From Alphaproteobacteria bacterium (lineage in GTDB: Bacteria; Pseudomonadota; Alphaproteobacteria; MPNO01), in contig CBDFLJ010000001.1 of NCBI GenBank assembly GCA_965248835.1, positions 1,056,001-1,120,000 of the forward strand: 64,000 nt of DNA, given 5' to 3'. Made by a program: the position numbers and the translations under genes. Below the pieces are notes generated by a model. It saw only the letters and a program-made list of their open reading frames with translations, had not been told where the DNA came from and ran no database searches. Positions 32,728 to 46,358 of this stretch are shown here, piece by piece; position 1 is the first letter of the stretch, and each line of letters begins with the position of its first letter.

Positions 32728-33447
32728 ATGCAGCCCCTCCAATCCAACAGCCTTGCCGGATCGATCACGACCGATCTCTCGATCTGGGGACTGTTCCTCC
32801 AGGCCGATGTCATCGTCCAGCTCGTCATGCTGCTCCTGATCCTGGCGTCGTTCTGGTGCTGGGCGATCATCTTCGAAAAGGCGCTGAGAATGCGCCGGCT
32901 CAACCGCCAGGCGGCCCAGTTCGAGGAAAGCTTCTGGTCGGGCGACTCGCTGGATGAACTCTATGAACGGATCGGCCAGCGGCCGGAAGAGCCGATGGCC
33001 GCGATTTTCGTCGCCGCGATGCGGGAATGGCGTCGGTCGAGCGCGCGCGGGGCGGCGGGCGAGGACTCGCGCCTGACGCTGGGCGGGCGGATCGACCGGG
33101 TGATGGACATCACGCTGGGGCGCGAGCTCAACCATCTGGAGCGCCATATGAGCTTCCTTGCCTCGGTCGGCTCGACCGCGCCGTTCATCGGCCTGTTCGG
33201 CACCGTCTGGGGCATCATGAACAGTTTCCAGGCCATCGCACTGACCAGGAACACCTCCCTTGCGGTGGTCGCGCCGGGGATCGCCGAAGCGCTGTTCGCG
33301 ACGGCGCTCGGTCTGATCGCCGCGATCCCGGCGGTGGTCGCCTATAATAAGCTGTCCAACGACATTGGCCGCTATGCAGAGCGACTAGACGCCTTCTCCG
33401 GCGAGTTCGCCGCCATCCTGTCGCGCCAGGCGGACGTGAAGGCCTGA
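32728..33447 (+). CDS. tolQ: TolQ
   Basis: TAPFIGLFGTVWGIM, VAPGIAEALFATALGL. Confidence 0.97.
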   Translation: MQPLQSNSLAGSITTDLSIWGLFLQADVIVQLVMLLLILASFWCWAIIFEKALRMRRLNRQAAQFEESFWSGDSLDELYERIGQRPEEPMAAIFVAAMREWRRSSARGAAGEDSRLTLGGRIDRVMDITLGRELNHLERHMSFLASVGSTAPFIGLFGTVWGIMNSFQAIALTRNTSLAVVAPGIAEALFATALGLIAAIPAVVAYNKLSNDIGRYAERLDAFSGEFAAILSRQADVKA

Positions 33448-33450
33448 TCG

Positions 33451-33933
33451 GTGGCGGCCCAACTCAACAGCAAAGGCAATGGCCGACCGCGACGGCGCCC
33501 TCGACGCTACCAGCCGATGAGCGAGATCAACGTCACCCCGATGGTCGACGTCATGCTGGTCCTGCTGGTGGTGTTCATGATCACCGCCCCGCTGTTGACG
33601 GTGGGCGTCCCGGTCGACCTGCCCAAGACCGAGGCCTCGCGCATCGTCGGCCAGGACGAGCCGCTGGTGATCACCATGCGCGCCGACGGCAAGGTCTTCA
33701 TCCAGGATACCGAGATCGACATGTCGAGGCTGATCGCCCGGCTGAACGCGATCACCGACAACCGCAAGGAGACGCGGATCTTCGTGCGCGGCGACAAGGC
33801 GATCGCCTATGGCCGGGTCATGGAGGTGATGGGCTCGGTCAACCTGGCCGGGTTCGATCACGTCGCCCTGATCACCGAACTGCCGCGCCGCGACAAGGCG
33901 TCGGGCGCCGACGGGCGGAACGCGGAACGCTAG
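33451..33933 (+). CDS. tolR: TolR
   Basis: MSEINVTPMVDVMLVLL. Confidence 0.96.
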   Translation: MAAQLNSKGNGRPRRRPRRYQPMSEINVTPMVDVMLVLLVVFMITAPLLTVGVPVDLPKTEASRIVGQDEPLVITMRADGKVFIQDTEIDMSRLIARLNAITDNRKETRIFVRGDKAIAYGRVMEVMGSVNLAGFDHVALITELPRRDKASGADGRNAER

Positions 33934-33936
33934 CCG

Positions 33937-34839
33937 ATGCGCGAAGGGATCCTCATGTCGGTTGGGCTTCATGTCGGGATCGTCGCGGTGGCGATCACCG
34001 GGCTGCCCCGGCTGATGGATCCCACCCCCTTGCCGGACTCGCCGGTCATCATCGAAGTCGTGACGGTCGACGAAGGCGAGATCGAAAAACTCGAGCGGGA
34101 GCCGGAGCCGGAGCCGATAAAGCCTGCCCCGGAGCCCCCGGCGGCCCGGCCCGAGGCGCCGAAGCCGGCGCCGGTCTCGGTACCGCAGCCCGACCCCATC
34201 CAGCCGGTCCGCGCCGCGCCGCCGCCCAAGCCAGTCATCGCCGTGAAGCCGCCGCCGCCGGTCGCCCCGAAGGCCAAGCCGGAGCCCGCGGTCGAGCCCA
34301 AGCCGGAAAAACCGAAGCTGAAGAAGCTTGCCCGCAGGATCGTGGCGCCGCGGCGCAAGCCGCCGACGCCGGATGCCTTCGAGGCGTTGCTGCGCAACCT
34401 CGACAAGCAGCGCCGGCGCCGCGCCGCTCAGACGAAGGTCGCGAAGGCGCAGACGGAGACGCCGCGCCTGAAGCGCCCCGAACGTCCCGTGCGCGGCGCG
34501 CCATCTGGGATCGAGCACCAGCGCGTCATCGCCGCCCTGATCAAAAACATCCAGGACCAGGTGCGGCCGTGTTGGTACCCGCCCATCGGCGCCAAGGACG
34601 CTCACGAGATCCGCGTCGGGGTGCGGATCCAGCTCAATCCCGACGGGACGCTGATCGGCAGACCGTATATCGTCGACCGTGATCGTCTGTTCCGCGATCC
34701 GGCGTTCCAGGCCTTCGCCGAGAGTGCGACCCGTGCGCTGCAGAACCCGCGTTGCAGCCCTCTTCGGCTCCCGCTGGTCAACTACGAGACCTGGCGCGAG
34801 ATCTCGTTCAACTTCGATACCACGGAGCTGCTGCAGTGA
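33937..34839 (+). CDS. tolA: TolA-like protein
   Basis: N-terminal TM (SVGLH), Pro-rich linker, C-terminal CW...AESATRAL...C.PL domain; operon position. Confidence 0.85.
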   Translation: MREGILMSVGLHVGIVAVAITGLPRLMDPTPLPDSPVIIEVVTVDEGEIEKLEREPEPEPIKPAPEPPAARPEAPKPAPVSVPQPDPIQPVRAAPPPKPVIAVKPPPPVAPKAKPEPAVEPKPEKPKLKKLARRIVAPRRKPPTPDAFEALLRNLDKQRRRRAAQTKVAKAQTETPRLKRPERPVRGAPSGIEHQRVIAALIKNIQDQVRPCWYPPIGAKDAHEIRVGVRIQLNPDGTLIGRPYIVDRDRLFRDPAFQAFAESATRALQNPRCSPLRLPLVNYETWREISFNFDTTELLQ

Positions 34840-36191
34840 AAATTCGGACCCCGTCAGATCACCGCCGCCGTGCGGTCAAACGGTTCCTGGCGGCGGTTGT
34901 CCTGAGCCTTGCCTTACCGGCGGCCGCCCGGGCCCAGCTCAGCGTCGATATCACCCGCGGCGATATCGAGCCGCTGCCGATCGCGATCCCGGACTTCCTG
35001 GGCGCCGCCGACAACGAAAAGACCTTCGGCCGCCAGGTCAGCCAGGTGATCACGGCCAACCTGGAGCGCTCCGGATTGTTCCGGGCGATCGATCGCGCGG
35101 CGTTCATCCAGTCACCGGAGGCGATCGGCATCCAGCCGCGGTTCGCCGATTGGCGTCTGATCAACGCCCAGGCGCTGGTCAACGGCCGTATCGAATTGAA
35201 GGACAACGGCCTGCTGGAGGTCGAGTTCCGGCTGTGGGACGTCTTCGCCCAGCAACAGCTTATCGGCATCCGTTATCGCACCGTGCCGGAGAACTGGCGC
35301 CAGGTCGCGCATCGGATCGCCGACAAGATCTATCAGCGGATCACCGGCGAGGACGGGTATTTCGACACCCGCGTGGTCTATATCGCGGAGTCCGGTCCGC
35401 CCTATCGGCGGGTCAAGCGCCTGGCGATCATGGACCAGGACGGCCAGAACCACCGCTATCTGACCAGCGGTGAGCACCTGGTGCTGACCCCGCGGTTCGC
35501 GCCGACGGAGCAGGAGATCACCTTCCTGTCCTATGTGCGCGAACGGCCGCGGGTCTATATCTACAACATCGACACCGGCCAGCAGGAGGTGCTGGGGGAC
35601 TTCCCCGGCATGACGTTCGCGCCGCGCTTCTCGCCCGACGGCAAGAATTTGGTCATGTCGATGGCCCAGGACGGCAACTCCGAGATCTACCTGATGGATC
35701 TCAGGACCCGGCGGACCCGCAGGCTGACCAACCATCCGGCGATCGACACCTCGCCGTCGCTGTCGCCGGACGGTTCCAAGCTGGTGTTCAATTCCGACCG
35801 CGGCGGGTCGCAGCAGATCTACGTGAAGAGCGTGGACGGCGGCGCGGTGCGGCGCATCAGCTTCGGCGAGGGCCGCTACGCAACGCCGGTGTGGTCGCCG
35901 CGCGGCGACCTGATCGCGTTCACCAAGATCCACCAAAGCAGGTTCTCTATCGGCGTCATGCGCCCGGACGGCACGGGCGAGCGCATCCTGGTGACGGACT
36001 TCCTGGTGGAGGGGCCGACATGGGCGCCCAACGGACGGGTGCTGATGTTTTTCCGCCAGCCGCGCCAACAGGCGGGCAAGGAAAAGCCCGGGCCGCGGCT
36101 CTATTCGATCGATCTGACGGGCTTCAACGAGCGCATGATCGGCACGCCGGGCGACGGATCGGATCCGGCATGGTCGCCGTTGAAACCATGA
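34836..36191 (+). CDS. tolB: TolB beta-propeller protein
   Basis: [20 protein letters not shown]40 repeats ([15 protein letters not shown]). Confidence 0.97.
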   Translation: MKIRTPSDHRRRAVKRFLAAVVLSLALPAAARAQLSVDITRGDIEPLPIAIPDFLGAADNEKTFGRQVSQVITANLERSGLFRAIDRAAFIQSPEAIGIQPRFADWRLINAQALVNGRIELKDNGLLEVEFRLWDVFAQQQLIGIRYRTVPENWRQVAHRIADKIYQRITGEDGYFDTRVVYIAESGPPYRRVKRLAIMDQDGQNHRYLTSGEHLVLTPRFAPTEQEITFLSYVRERPRVYIYNIDTGQQEVLGDFPGMTFAPRFSPDGKNLVMSMAQDGNSEIYLMDLRTRRTRRLTNHPAIDTSPSLSPDGSKLVFNSDRGGSQQIYVKSVDGGAVRRISFGEGRYATPVWSPRGDLIAFTKIHQSRFSIGVMRPDGTGERILVTDFLVEGPTWAPNGRVLMFFRQPRQQAGKEKPGPRLYSIDLTGFNERMIGTPGDGSDPAWSPLKP

Positions 36192-36368
36192 GCGTCGAAC
36201 ACGGGTTCGGAGAGCCGCGAATTGTCGAGGAAGCGGCGGAAATACCGCGCTTATGTCGTTGCCGCCGGTGTCGCCGGTTGAATTTCTCCGGTCCGTGGGT
36301 AATATGTTCGCTTCGATGCCGCGCCGGCGATTCAGCGTGCAGGGCGCGTAATCCTGGGGGTACGTCAA

Positions 36369-36935
36369 ATGTTGCTTAGGATTATGGCTGTTGCCATAAC
36401 CGTGTCGATGCTGTGGGCATGCAGCTCCACCCGGGACGAGGCGGAAACGACCTCGTCCTCGGGCGATGCGGCCACTGCCGCGGCGCCGACGGGTACCGAA
36501 TCGCCGTCGCCCCCGATCATTTCGGAACCCACCGACCAGCCGCCGGCCATACAGTCCGGAACGGTCGAGGACTTCGCGGTCAATGTCGGCGACCGCGTCC
36601 TGTTCGGCACCGATCGGTTCGATCTGACCGGCGATGCCCGCGAGGTGCTGCGGCGTCAGTCGCAGTGGCTGAACCAGTACCCGAGCGTGGCGATCACCAT
36701 CGCCGGCCACGCCGATGAGCGCGGGACTCGGGAATACAACCTCGCGCTGGGCGAGCGGCGGGCGATCGCGGTGAAGAACTATCTGGTCGCGCTCGGGGTC
36801 GATTCGCGCCGCATACGGACCATCAGCTACGGCAAGGAGCGTCCGGTCGATCCAGGGTCCAACGAGGAGGCCTGGGCGAAGAACCGCCGCGGCGTCACCC
36901 AGCTCGAAGACGCGACGCTCAGCCTGTCCAACTGA
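36369..36935 (+). CDS. pal: Peptidoglycan-associated lipoprotein Pal
   Basis: Lipobox LWAC; GHADERGTREYNLALGERRA; SYGKERP. Confidence 0.97.
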   Translation: MLLRIMAVAITVSMLWACSSTRDEAETTSSSGDAATAAAPTGTESPSPPIISEPTDQPPAIQSGTVEDFAVNVGDRVLFGTDRFDLTGDAREVLRRQSQWLNQYPSVAITIAGHADERGTREYNLALGERRAIAVKNYLVALGVDSRRIRTISYGKERPVDPGSNEEAWAKNRRGVTQLEDATLSLSN

Positions 36936-37053
36936 CCGCGCCGGGTTGCGGCCGCCGCGTGGGCACCGCCGCAAAATCGCCGGAATCGTGCCGCAACCTG
37001 GCATCCGGGCGCCGTGCGCTCGGCGTCGGACCAGGAAAGAGGGGCGAAATCCG

Positions 37054-38019
37054 ATGAATACACATCCCGGTCGCCTGCTCCGGTTTCCGTTCACAAGCCG
37101 GCTCGCGCTTGCCGTGCTGGCACTGGCGATGGTCTCCGGCGGGCCGGTCCTCGCGCAATCGGACCGGATGGGCGAACTGACCAACCGGATGGGCGAACTG
37201 ACCAACCGGATCGAGCGGCTGCAGCGCGAGCTCCAGACACTGCGGCAGACCGTCGACCGTGGCGCGCAATTCGCGGCCACCGTCGAGGTCCGGCTGGGCG
37301 AGCTCGAGAGGCTGATCCGCGGGCTGGAGCAGCGGATCGAGTCGCTGGAGATCGTTGGTCGCCGCGCCAAGCCCAAGCTCGAACGGCTGGCGGCCGACCT
37401 GGAGCACCGGCTGCGCACCCTGGAGCAGAGCGGGTTGCCGCCGTCGCCGGTCGCCGGGATCGGGACGGGCGCGGCGCGGGCCGCGACGATCATCGGCGGG
37501 ACCACGGCGCCGGATGCTCCGCCCAGGCCGCTGGGCACGCTGCGGCTGACCAAATCCGGCCAGCCGGTCGCCCCGGTCGGCGCACCACAGGGCGCCGGGG
37601 CCGCGTCGGCCGCACCGGTCCTGCCCGAGGGCGATCCCAAGGAGCAGTACGACTACGCGCTGTCGCTGATCCTGAACGCGCAGGACTTCGCCAAGGCGGA
37701 GAAGGCCTTTGCTGCCTTCATCGAAAGGCACCCCGAGCACGATCTGGCCGGAAACGCCTATTTCTGGCTCGGCCAGACCCATTTCGTCCGCAAGGATTTT
37801 CAGAACGCCGCCTTCGCGTTCGCCGACGGGTTCCAGAGATTCCCGCGCAGCGACAAGGCGCCGGAGAACCTCTACAAGCTCGGCACGTCGCTGGGCAGGC
37901 TGGGCAAGACCCGCGAGGCCTGCACCGCCTTCAGCCGGCTGCTGGAGACTTTCCCCAAGGCAAATCGAACCCTGAAGACCCGGATCTCGCGCCAGCGCAA
38001 ACGCCTGAAATGCACCTGA
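37054..38019 (+). CDS. cpoB: Cell division coordinator CpoB/YbgF
   Basis: Signal peptide, coiled coil, TPRs (NAYFWLGQ, KAPENLYKLG). Confidence 0.9.
   Translation: MNTHPGRLLRFPFTSRLALAVLALAMVSGGPVLAQSDRMGELTNRMGELTNRIERLQRELQTLRQTVDRGAQFAATVEVRLGELERLIRGLEQRIESLEIVGRRAKPKLERLAADLEHRLRTLEQSGLPPSPVAGIGTGAARAATIIGGTTAPDAPPRPLGTLRLTKSGQPVAPVGAPQGAGAASAAPVLPEGDPKEQYDYALSLILNAQDFAKAEKAFAAFIERHPEHDLAGNAYFWLGQTHFVRKDFQNAAFAFADGFQRFPRSDKAPENLYKLGTSLGRLGKTREACTAFSRLLETFPKANRTLKTRISRQRKRLKCT
37163..37211 (+). repeat. In-frame 21-bp tandem duplication within cpoB
   Basis: ACCGGATGGGCGAACTGACCA x2 plus ACCGGAT; encodes RMGELTN twice. Confidence 0.9.
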
Positions 38020-39359
38020 GCACGGACCCGCGCGCGTGCGCGGGACCGCCGCTGCACGACGATGAATTCGCCGGCCTGATGGCCCGCCTGGGTCCGTTCG
38101 AGCCGGCGCCGCGCCTCGCAGCGGCAGTCTCGGGCGGTGCGGACAGCTTGGCGCTTGCCATGCTCGCGGCCGCGTGGGCCAGCGCGGCGGGCGGGTCGCT
38201 GAGGGCGCTGGTGGTCGATCACCGGCTGCGCCCGGGCTCGACCGCCGAGGCCCGGCGCACCGCCAGGATGCTGCGCGATCACGCAATTCCGGCGGTGGTC
38301 CTGACCCGGGCGGGCGCGGTGCCGCGCACCGGCATCGAAGCCGCCGCGCGCCAGGCGCGCTATCACCTGATGGGCCGATGGTGCGCCGACCACCGAATCC
38401 TTCATCTCCTGGTCGGCCATCATCACGACGATCAGGCGGAAACCGTGCTGATGCGGCTTGCTGCCGGCAGCGGGCTGGACGGGCTGGCGGCGATGCCGGC
38501 GGTTCAGGAGACACGCTGGGGCCGGCTGCTGCGTCCGCTCCTGCCGGTGCCGCGCGAACGGCTGCGCGCGCTGCTGCGGGCGCGCGGGCTGGGTTGGATC
38601 GAAGACCCCTCGAACAGCGAGGAAGCTTTCGCCAGGGCACGCCTGCGCCGGTCCGCGTCCATCCTGGCTACGGAAGGCCTGACCGCCGGCCGGCTGTCAC
38701 GGACGGCGGCGCGTGTGGGCGCAGGCCGCACGGTGCTGGAGGGCGCTACAGCGGCGCTGCTCGCCTCCGGGGCCTGGATCCATCCTGCAGGCTTCGCGCG
38801 CCTGGACCGCGGCGTGATCGCGCAGGCGCCTGCCGATCTCGCCTGGCGCGCGTTGGAGCGGGTGATCCGGACCATCGGTGCCGGAGACTACCCGCCGCGC
38901 CGCGAACGGCTCCAGCTTCTGTTCGAGATGGTCCGCGGCGGGGGGGCGGTGAGCCCGCGCACGCTCGGCGGATGCATCATCCGGCCGGAGCGCACGGGGT
39001 TGCTCGTGGTGCGCGAGCCCGCGGCGATCGAGGCGGCCATCCCGGTCGGCGGCGGCATCGAGATCGTGTGGGACCGCCGTTTCCGGGTGTGTATCTCGCC
39101 GGCCGTGAGGACCGGACGCGGCCTGTGGATCGCCGCGCTCGGCCGCGCCGGCTGGCGGTCGGTCAAGGCCGCCGGTGCCGTCGAGGCCGCAAGGATCATC
39201 CCGCCGGCCGCACGCGCCGGCCTGCCGGCGCTTTTCGACCGCCGGGGCCTGGTCGAAGTGCCGCATCTGGCCTACGTCCGGGGCCGCGCCGCAGTGGTCG
39301 ATCGGCTGGTGTTCGCGCCCCCGCACCCCCTTGCCGCGGCGGAGTTTTCGGTTGTTTAA
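38010..39359 (+). CDS. tilS: tRNA(Ile)-lysidine synthetase
   Basis: [32 protein letters not shown]. Confidence 0.95.
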   Translation: MHLSTDPRACAGPPLHDDEFAGLMARLGPFEPAPRLAAAVSGGADSLALAMLAAAWASAAGGSLRALVVDHRLRPGSTAEARRTARMLRDHAIPAVVLTRAGAVPRTGIEAAARQARYHLMGRWCADHRILHLLVGHHHDDQAETVLMRLAAGSGLDGLAAMPAVQETRWGRLLRPLLPVPRERLRALLRARGLGWIEDPSNSEEAFARARLRRSASILATEGLTAGRLSRTAARVGAGRTVLEGATAALLASGAWIHPAGFARLDRGVIAQAPADLAWRALERVIRTIGAGDYPPRRERLQLLFEMVRGGGAVSPRTLGGCIIRPERTGLLVVREPAAIEAAIPVGGGIEIVWDRRFRVCISPAVRTGRGLWIAALGRAGWRSVKAAGAVEAARIIPPAARAGLPALFDRRGLVEVPHLAYVRGRAAVVDRLVFAPPHPLAAAEFSVV

Positions 39360-39466
39360 TTCACCGTCGGCACTATGTAATGATCCAACAGCGGCGGCGC
39401 TCGGTCGCGGTCCGGATCGGGCCGCCGGACGAGTGCTGCTTCGGCGTGACCCGGGAAAGCGAATCG

Positions 39467-41406
<1,940 letters not shown>

Positions 41407-41410
<4 letters not shown>

Positions 41411-42579
41411 GCGCCGGCACCCACCGATCCACCGCGTTCTCCGTCGAATGGAGCCCCGGGTTGCCCCGGGGCTTCGCCTTTGACGGGCCGCCGGAGACCG
41501 CGGTCGCACTGCAGCCGACCGGCTTCCTGACCGGCGATGCCGCGGACGCCACGGTCCTGGCCGGGACGGGACGGCCCGTGGCCGGCGGACCGGTAGCGTT
41601 CACCGGGTGCGTGGTCATGCTCGCCAACCAGCGCAGGCTCGTGCGGGCGGCGGCGAGCCTGACCGACATCGCGGACTGGCTGGGCGGCGAATCCGGCGCG
41701 CTGGAGGCCGCGGTCGCCGACAGGCTCGAGCGGATAAGCCGGCCGCGCCCGGACTTCGCGGGACTCGGGCTCGACCGGGCGCGTTTGATCGGGGTGGTCA
41801 ACGTCACCCCGGACAGCTTCTCCGACGGCGGCGACCGGCTCGATCCGCAAACCGCGATCGAAGCCGGGCTGGCAATGGCCGAGGCGGGAGCGGACCTGAT
41901 CGATATCGGCGGCGAATCGACCCGCCCGGGTGCGGCGGCGCCCGTTTCGGTGGACCGGGAATGCGCGCGCGTCCTGCCGGTGATCCAGGCGCTTGCCGGG
42001 CGCGGGCTGGCGGTCTCGGTCGACACCCGCCGGGCCGCGGTCATGGCCGCCGCGCTGCGGGCCGGGGCGGCGGTCGTCAACGACGTCAGCGCCCTGAGCG
42101 AGGATGCGCCGGCGCTCGGGCTGGTGGCCGAGACCGGCACGCCGGTCATCCTGATGCACAAGCAGGGCAGGCCGGCAACCATGCAGGATGCGCCGTCCTA
42201 CGCCGATGCGCCCTATGAGGTCTTCCGCTTCCTCGACGGCCGGGTCGCGGCGTTGCGGGGCCTGGGCCATCCCGACGGCGCGGCGGCGGTCGATCCGGGG
42301 ATCGGCTTCGGCAAGGACGACCACCACAACGGCGCCGTGCTTGCCGGGATCGGGTTGCTGCATGCCACCGGCTGTCCGGTCGTGCTCGGCGCCTCGCGCA
42401 AGAGCTTCATCGGCCGCATGTCGCGCGGCGAGCCGCCCAAGGAGCGGCTTCCGGGCTCGATCGCAGCACTCGCCGCGGCAGCGCTCCAGGGCGTTCAGCT
42501 CTTCCGTGTCCATGACGTCGCCGAGACCCGCCAGGCGCTCGCGGTTGTTGCAAGACTTGGCGGAACGGGCGTACCTTGA
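41407..42579 (+). CDS. folP: Dihydropteroate synthase
   Basis: [41 protein letters not shown]. Confidence 0.96.
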
Positions 42580-42664
42580 TGCGCCGCGAAGCGCCGGTTT
42601 CCGCGGTTCGGAGCCGGGCGGCATTCAACGCCGCGCGCAAGATCATCGAACACCACAAACGGTC

Positions 42665-44011
42665 ATGACACGCCAACTCTTCGGTACTGACGGCATCAGA
42701 GGCTTGGCGAACGTGGAGCCGATGACCGCGGAGACGGCGCTTCGCGTCGGCATGGCTGCGGGCAGGATCTTCACCCGCGGCGATCACCGCAATCGCGTGG
42801 TCATCGGCAAGGACACGAGGCTGTCGGGCTACATGCTGGAGCCGGCGATGGCATCGGGTTTCCTCGCCATGGGCATGGACGTAACCATGATCGGGCCGAT
42901 GCCGACGCCTGCGGTCGCGATGCTGACCCGCAGCCTGCGCGCCGATATCGGGGTGATGATCTCGGCTTCGCACAACGCCTTCGAGGACAACGGCATCAAG
43001 CTGTTCGGCCCCGACGGCTACAAGCTGTCGGTTGCGACGGAGGCCGAGATCGAAGCGCTGGTGGACTCCGACCTCAGCGCCCATTACGCCCGCTCCGGCG
43101 ATCTCGGCCGCGCGCAGCGGCTCGACGACGCCGAGGGCCGCTATATCGAGTTCGTCAAGAACACCTTTCCCCGGGGGCTGCAGCTCGACGGTTTGAAAGT
43201 GGTCGTCGACTGCGCCCATGGCGGCGGATACAAGGTCGCGCCGAAGGCTCTTTGGGAGCTCGGCGCCGACGTCATACCGATCGGCGTGGAGCCGGACGGC
43301 TTCAACATCAACCGGAGCTGCGGCAGCACCGACACGTCCGCGATGCAGGAGGCGGTGCGCATGCACGGCGCCGATGTCGGCATCGCGCTCGACGGCGATG
43401 CCGACAGGGTCTTGATTGCCGACGAGACCGGCGCGCTGCTGGACGGCGACCAGGTCATGGCGATGATCGCCCGCTCATGGCACCAGTCCGGCCGGCTGAA
43501 GGGCGGCGGGCTGGTCACCACCGTCATGTCCAATCTCGGCCTGGAGCACTTTCTGCGGGAATACGGGCTGAAGATCGAACGCACCCGCGTCGGCGACCGC
43601 TACGTCGTCGAGCACATGCGCACACACGGCTTCAACGTGGGCGGCGAGCAGTCCGGCCATATCATCCTGAACGACTACACGACCACCGGCGACGGGCTGA
43701 TTGCCGCGCTGGAAGTCCTGGCGGTCATCGTCCAGTCCGGAAAGCCGGCGAGCGAGATCTGCCGGGTGTTCACGCCGCTGCCGCAGCTCCTGCACAACGT
43801 GCGCTTCGCCGGCGGGTTCCCGCTGGACAACGAATCGGTGCAAAGCGCGGTGCGCGAGGGTGAATCCAGGCTCGGCGAGAACGGCAGGCTGTTGATCCGC
43901 AAGTCCGGCACCGAACCGTTGATCCGCGTGATGGCCGAAGGACGCGACGAGACGCTGATCGCCGAGGTGGTGGGCAAGATCGTCAACGCCATCGAGCGGA
44001 CGGCGGCCTGA
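42665..44011 (+). CDS. glmM: Phosphoglucosamine mutase
   Basis: [37 protein letters not shown]. Confidence 0.98.
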   Translation: MTRQLFGTDGIRGLANVEPMTAETALRVGMAAGRIFTRGDHRNRVVIGKDTRLSGYMLEPAMASGFLAMGMDVTMIGPMPTPAVAMLTRSLRADIGVMISASHNAFEDNGIKLFGPDGYKLSVATEAEIEALVDSDLSAHYARSGDLGRAQRLDDAEGRYIEFVKNTFPRGLQLDGLKVVVDCAHGGGYKVAPKALWELGADVIPIGVEPDGFNINRSCGSTDTSAMQEAVRMHGADVGIALDGDADRVLIADETGALLDGDQVMAMIARSWHQSGRLKGGGLVTTVMSNLGLEHFLREYGLKIERTRVGDRYVVEHMRTHGFNVGGEQSGHIILNDYTTTGDGLIAALEVLAVIVQSGKPASEICRVFTPLPQLLHNVRFAGGFPLDNESVQSAVREGESRLGENGRLLIRKSGTEPLIRVMAEGRDETLIAEVVGKIVNAIERTAA

Positions 44012-44017
44012 GGCCGC

Positions 44018-44815
44018 ATGCCGGCCCGGGTGCTCATCGTCGCCGGCTCCGATTCGGGCGGCGGCGCCGGCATCCAGGCCGACATCAAGACCGTCACCGC
44101 GCTGGGCGGGTACGCCGCGACCGCGATCACCGCTCTGACCGCCCAGAACACCATTGGCGTCCACGGCGTGTTGCCGATCGAACCGGCGTTCATCCAGCGG
44201 CAGATGCGGGTGGTCATCGACGATATCGGCCTGGATTGCGTCAAGACCGGCATGCTGCACTCAACCGAAGTGATCGAAGCGGTGGCCGAGGTCCTGGACG
44301 AGATCGGCGACGTTCCGGTGGTGGTCGATCCGGTGATGGTGGCTAAGGGCGGTGCGCGGCTGCTGGAGCAGGAAGCGGTCTCGACGCTGAAGGCCCGGCT
44401 GCTGCCGATGGCCGCCGTGCTGACGCCCAATGTTCCTGAGGCCGAAGCGCTCACCGGGCTCGCGATCACCGACCTGGACTCCATGAGGCAGGCGGGCGGC
44501 GCGCTCCTGCGCGCGGGCTGCAGGGCGGTCTATCTCAAGGGCGGGCACCTGCCGGGCCCGCGGGTCCAGGACCTGGTCATGACCGCGGAATCCTCTTCGG
44601 TCCTGACCGGGAGGCGAATCGAGACCGCCCAAACGCACGGCACGGGCTGCACCCTGGCATCGGCGATCGCAACCGGCCTTGCCCAGGGCCTCGACCTGGC
44701 ACGCGCGGCGCGACGCGCCCAGGCCTACGTTCACAAGGCGATCGCGCAAGCGCCGGGTATCGGGGCGGGACACGGGCCGGTCTGGCACGGCCATACCGTC
44801 GCCGCGTTCGATTGA
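44018..44815 (+). CDS. thiD: Hydroxymethylpyrimidine/phosphomethylpyrimidine kinase
   Basis: AGSDSGGGAGIQAD, KTGML, DPVM, THGTGCTL. Confidence 0.97.
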   Translation: MPARVLIVAGSDSGGGAGIQADIKTVTALGGYAATAITALTAQNTIGVHGVLPIEPAFIQRQMRVVIDDIGLDCVKTGMLHSTEVIEAVAEVLDEIGDVPVVVDPVMVAKGGARLLEQEAVSTLKARLLPMAAVLTPNVPEAEALTGLAITDLDSMRQAGGALLRAGCRAVYLKGGHLPGPRVQDLVMTAESSSVLTGRRIETAQTHGTGCTLASAIATGLAQGLDLARAARRAQAYVHKAIAQAPGIGAGHGPVWHGHTVAAFD

Positions 44816-45337
44816 TCAGCGGCGCTTGGACTCGGGCCGCGGGCCGGCGGCGGCAAGCCGTTCCAGCACCTTGCCCCGCTCGCTCTCGTTGATAATGCCG
44901 AGCACCACCTTGCGGTAGCCTTCCACCGCCTCGGCGCCGGCGTCGCGATAGGCCCGGGCGATGCGGGCGCGTTGGCTTTCGGACAGCCGGCGCTCCAGCT
45001 CGATTCCCTTCCCCGCCAGCTCCAGAAGCCGCTGGCGGCGGTCCCGCGTGCCGGGGCTTGCGATAATGAACCCTTCGCGGATGAGCTGCCCCAGCACGCG
45101 CGACAGGCTCTGCTTGGTGATCTTCAGGATGTCGAGGAGCTCGGAGACCGTGATCCCGGGGTTGCGGCCGACGAAATGGATAACCCTGTGGTGGGCGCGG
45201 CCGAACCCGTACTCGCTCAGGATCGCATCCGGCTCGGAAATGAAGTCGCGATAGGCATAGAACAGCAGCTCCATGCCCTGACGCAATTCTTCTTCACGCA
45301 GATAAAGCGGGTTGAAGCCTGATTTTATGTCAGCCAT
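44816..45337 (-). CDS. MarR-family regulator (PetP-like)
   Basis: ELLFYAYRDF...GRAHHR...LKITKQSLSRVL...DRRQRLL. Confidence 0.9.
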   Translation of the reverse strand: MADIKSGFNPLYLREEELRQGMELLFYAYRDFISEPDAILSEYGFGRAHHRVIHFVGRNPGITVSELLDILKITKQSLSRVLGQLIREGFIIASPGTRDRRQRLLELAGKGIELERRLSESQRARIARAYRDAGAEAVEGYRKVVLGIINESERGKVLERLAAAGPRPESKRR

Positions 45338-45346
45338 GTTGACTTA
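45326..45346. promoter_or_regulatory. Palindromic operator overlapping the MarR start codon
   Basis: TATGTCAGC-CAT-GTTGACTTA in the MarR/ilvE divergent region. Confidence 0.6.
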
Positions 45347-45463
45347 TATGCCTTATGAATGTTACCCCAGGCAAGGGTGTCCGCAGAATATTATGTCTCA
45401 GGACGGTGCTTCCCGCGACGGCATTGTCCGAGTCGGGGCCGGACGGACGTCGGGAAGGCGAGC

Positions 45464-46336
45464 ATGCTGAACTTCGACGATCAGGACGGAAAAATCTGGT
45501 TCGACGGGGCGCTGTGCGACTGGCGCGACTGCAGGCTCCATGTGCTGAGCCATGGCCTGCACTATGCGAGCTGCGTCTTCGAGGGCGAGCGGGTCTATGC
45601 CGGCCGCGTCTTCAGGCTGCGCGAGCACACGCAGCGGCTGATCGATTCGGCAACGGCCTTGGGCTTCGTCATCCCCTACGGGCTGGAGGAGATCGAGCAG
45701 GCGACGCTGGCGACCGTCGCCGCCCAGGGCTATCCGGACGCCTATGTCCGCCCGGTCGCCTGGCGCGGCAGCGAGATGATGGGGGTCTCGGCCCAGGAGA
45801 CCATGATCCACTTGGCGATCGCGGTCTGGGAATGGCCATCCTATTTCTCGCCCGAGGCGCGGATGAAGGGCATCAAGCTGCGCACCGCGAAATGGCGGCG
45901 CCCGGCACCGGATATGGCACCGGTGCATTCCAAGGCGGCCGGGCTCTACATGATCTGCACCCTGTCCAAGCACGACGCCGAGGCCGAAGGCTATGACGAC
46001 GCGCTGATGCTTGATTACCGCGGCCGGGTCGCCGAGACGACCGGCGCCAACGTGTTCCTGGTCCAGGACGGCAGCCTGCATACGCCGATCCCGGACTGCT
46101 TCCTGGACGGCATCACACGGCGGACGGTGATCGGACTGGCCGAGGAGCGCGGCATCGAAGTCATCGAGCGTGTCGTGATGCCCGAGGACCTCGCCAAATC
46201 CGATGAGATCTTCGTCACCGGCACGGCCGCCGAGGTCACCCCGGTCGGCGAGATCGACGACCTGAACTTCCAGGTCGGCCCGGTCACACGCACGCTGATG
46301 GCGGCCTACGACGATCTGGTTCGGGCCCCCGATTAA
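45464..46336 (+). CDS. ilvE: Branched-chain amino acid aminotransferase
   Basis: HGLHYASCVFEG, KAAGLY, ETTGANVF, LDGITR, GTAAEVTP. Confidence 0.95.
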   Translation: MLNFDDQDGKIWFDGALCDWRDCRLHVLSHGLHYASCVFEGERVYAGRVFRLREHTQRLIDSATALGFVIPYGLEEIEQATLATVAAQGYPDAYVRPVAWRGSEMMGVSAQETMIHLAIAVWEWPSYFSPEARMKGIKLRTAKWRRPAPDMAPVHSKAAGLYMICTLSKHDAEAEGYDDALMLDYRGRVAETTGANVFLVQDGSLHTPIPDCFLDGITRRTVIGLAEERGIEVIERVVMPEDLAKSDEIFVTGTAAEVTPVGEIDDLNFQVGPVTRTLMAAYDDLVRAPD

Positions 46337-46358
46337 GAAGACCGGCGCCCGCGCGGGC

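Noticed and set aside
34090-34330. Repetitive CCGGAG/CCGAAG DNA
   Set aside because: Explained by the Pro-Glu/Pro-Lys linker of TolA.
38174-39466. Apparent 431-aa N-terminal extension of FtsH; similar extensions on tilS, glmM, pyrD, coxM, coxL and dctM
   Set aside because: ORF-caller read-through across the upstream gene in another frame; better starts lie at family-typical N-termini.
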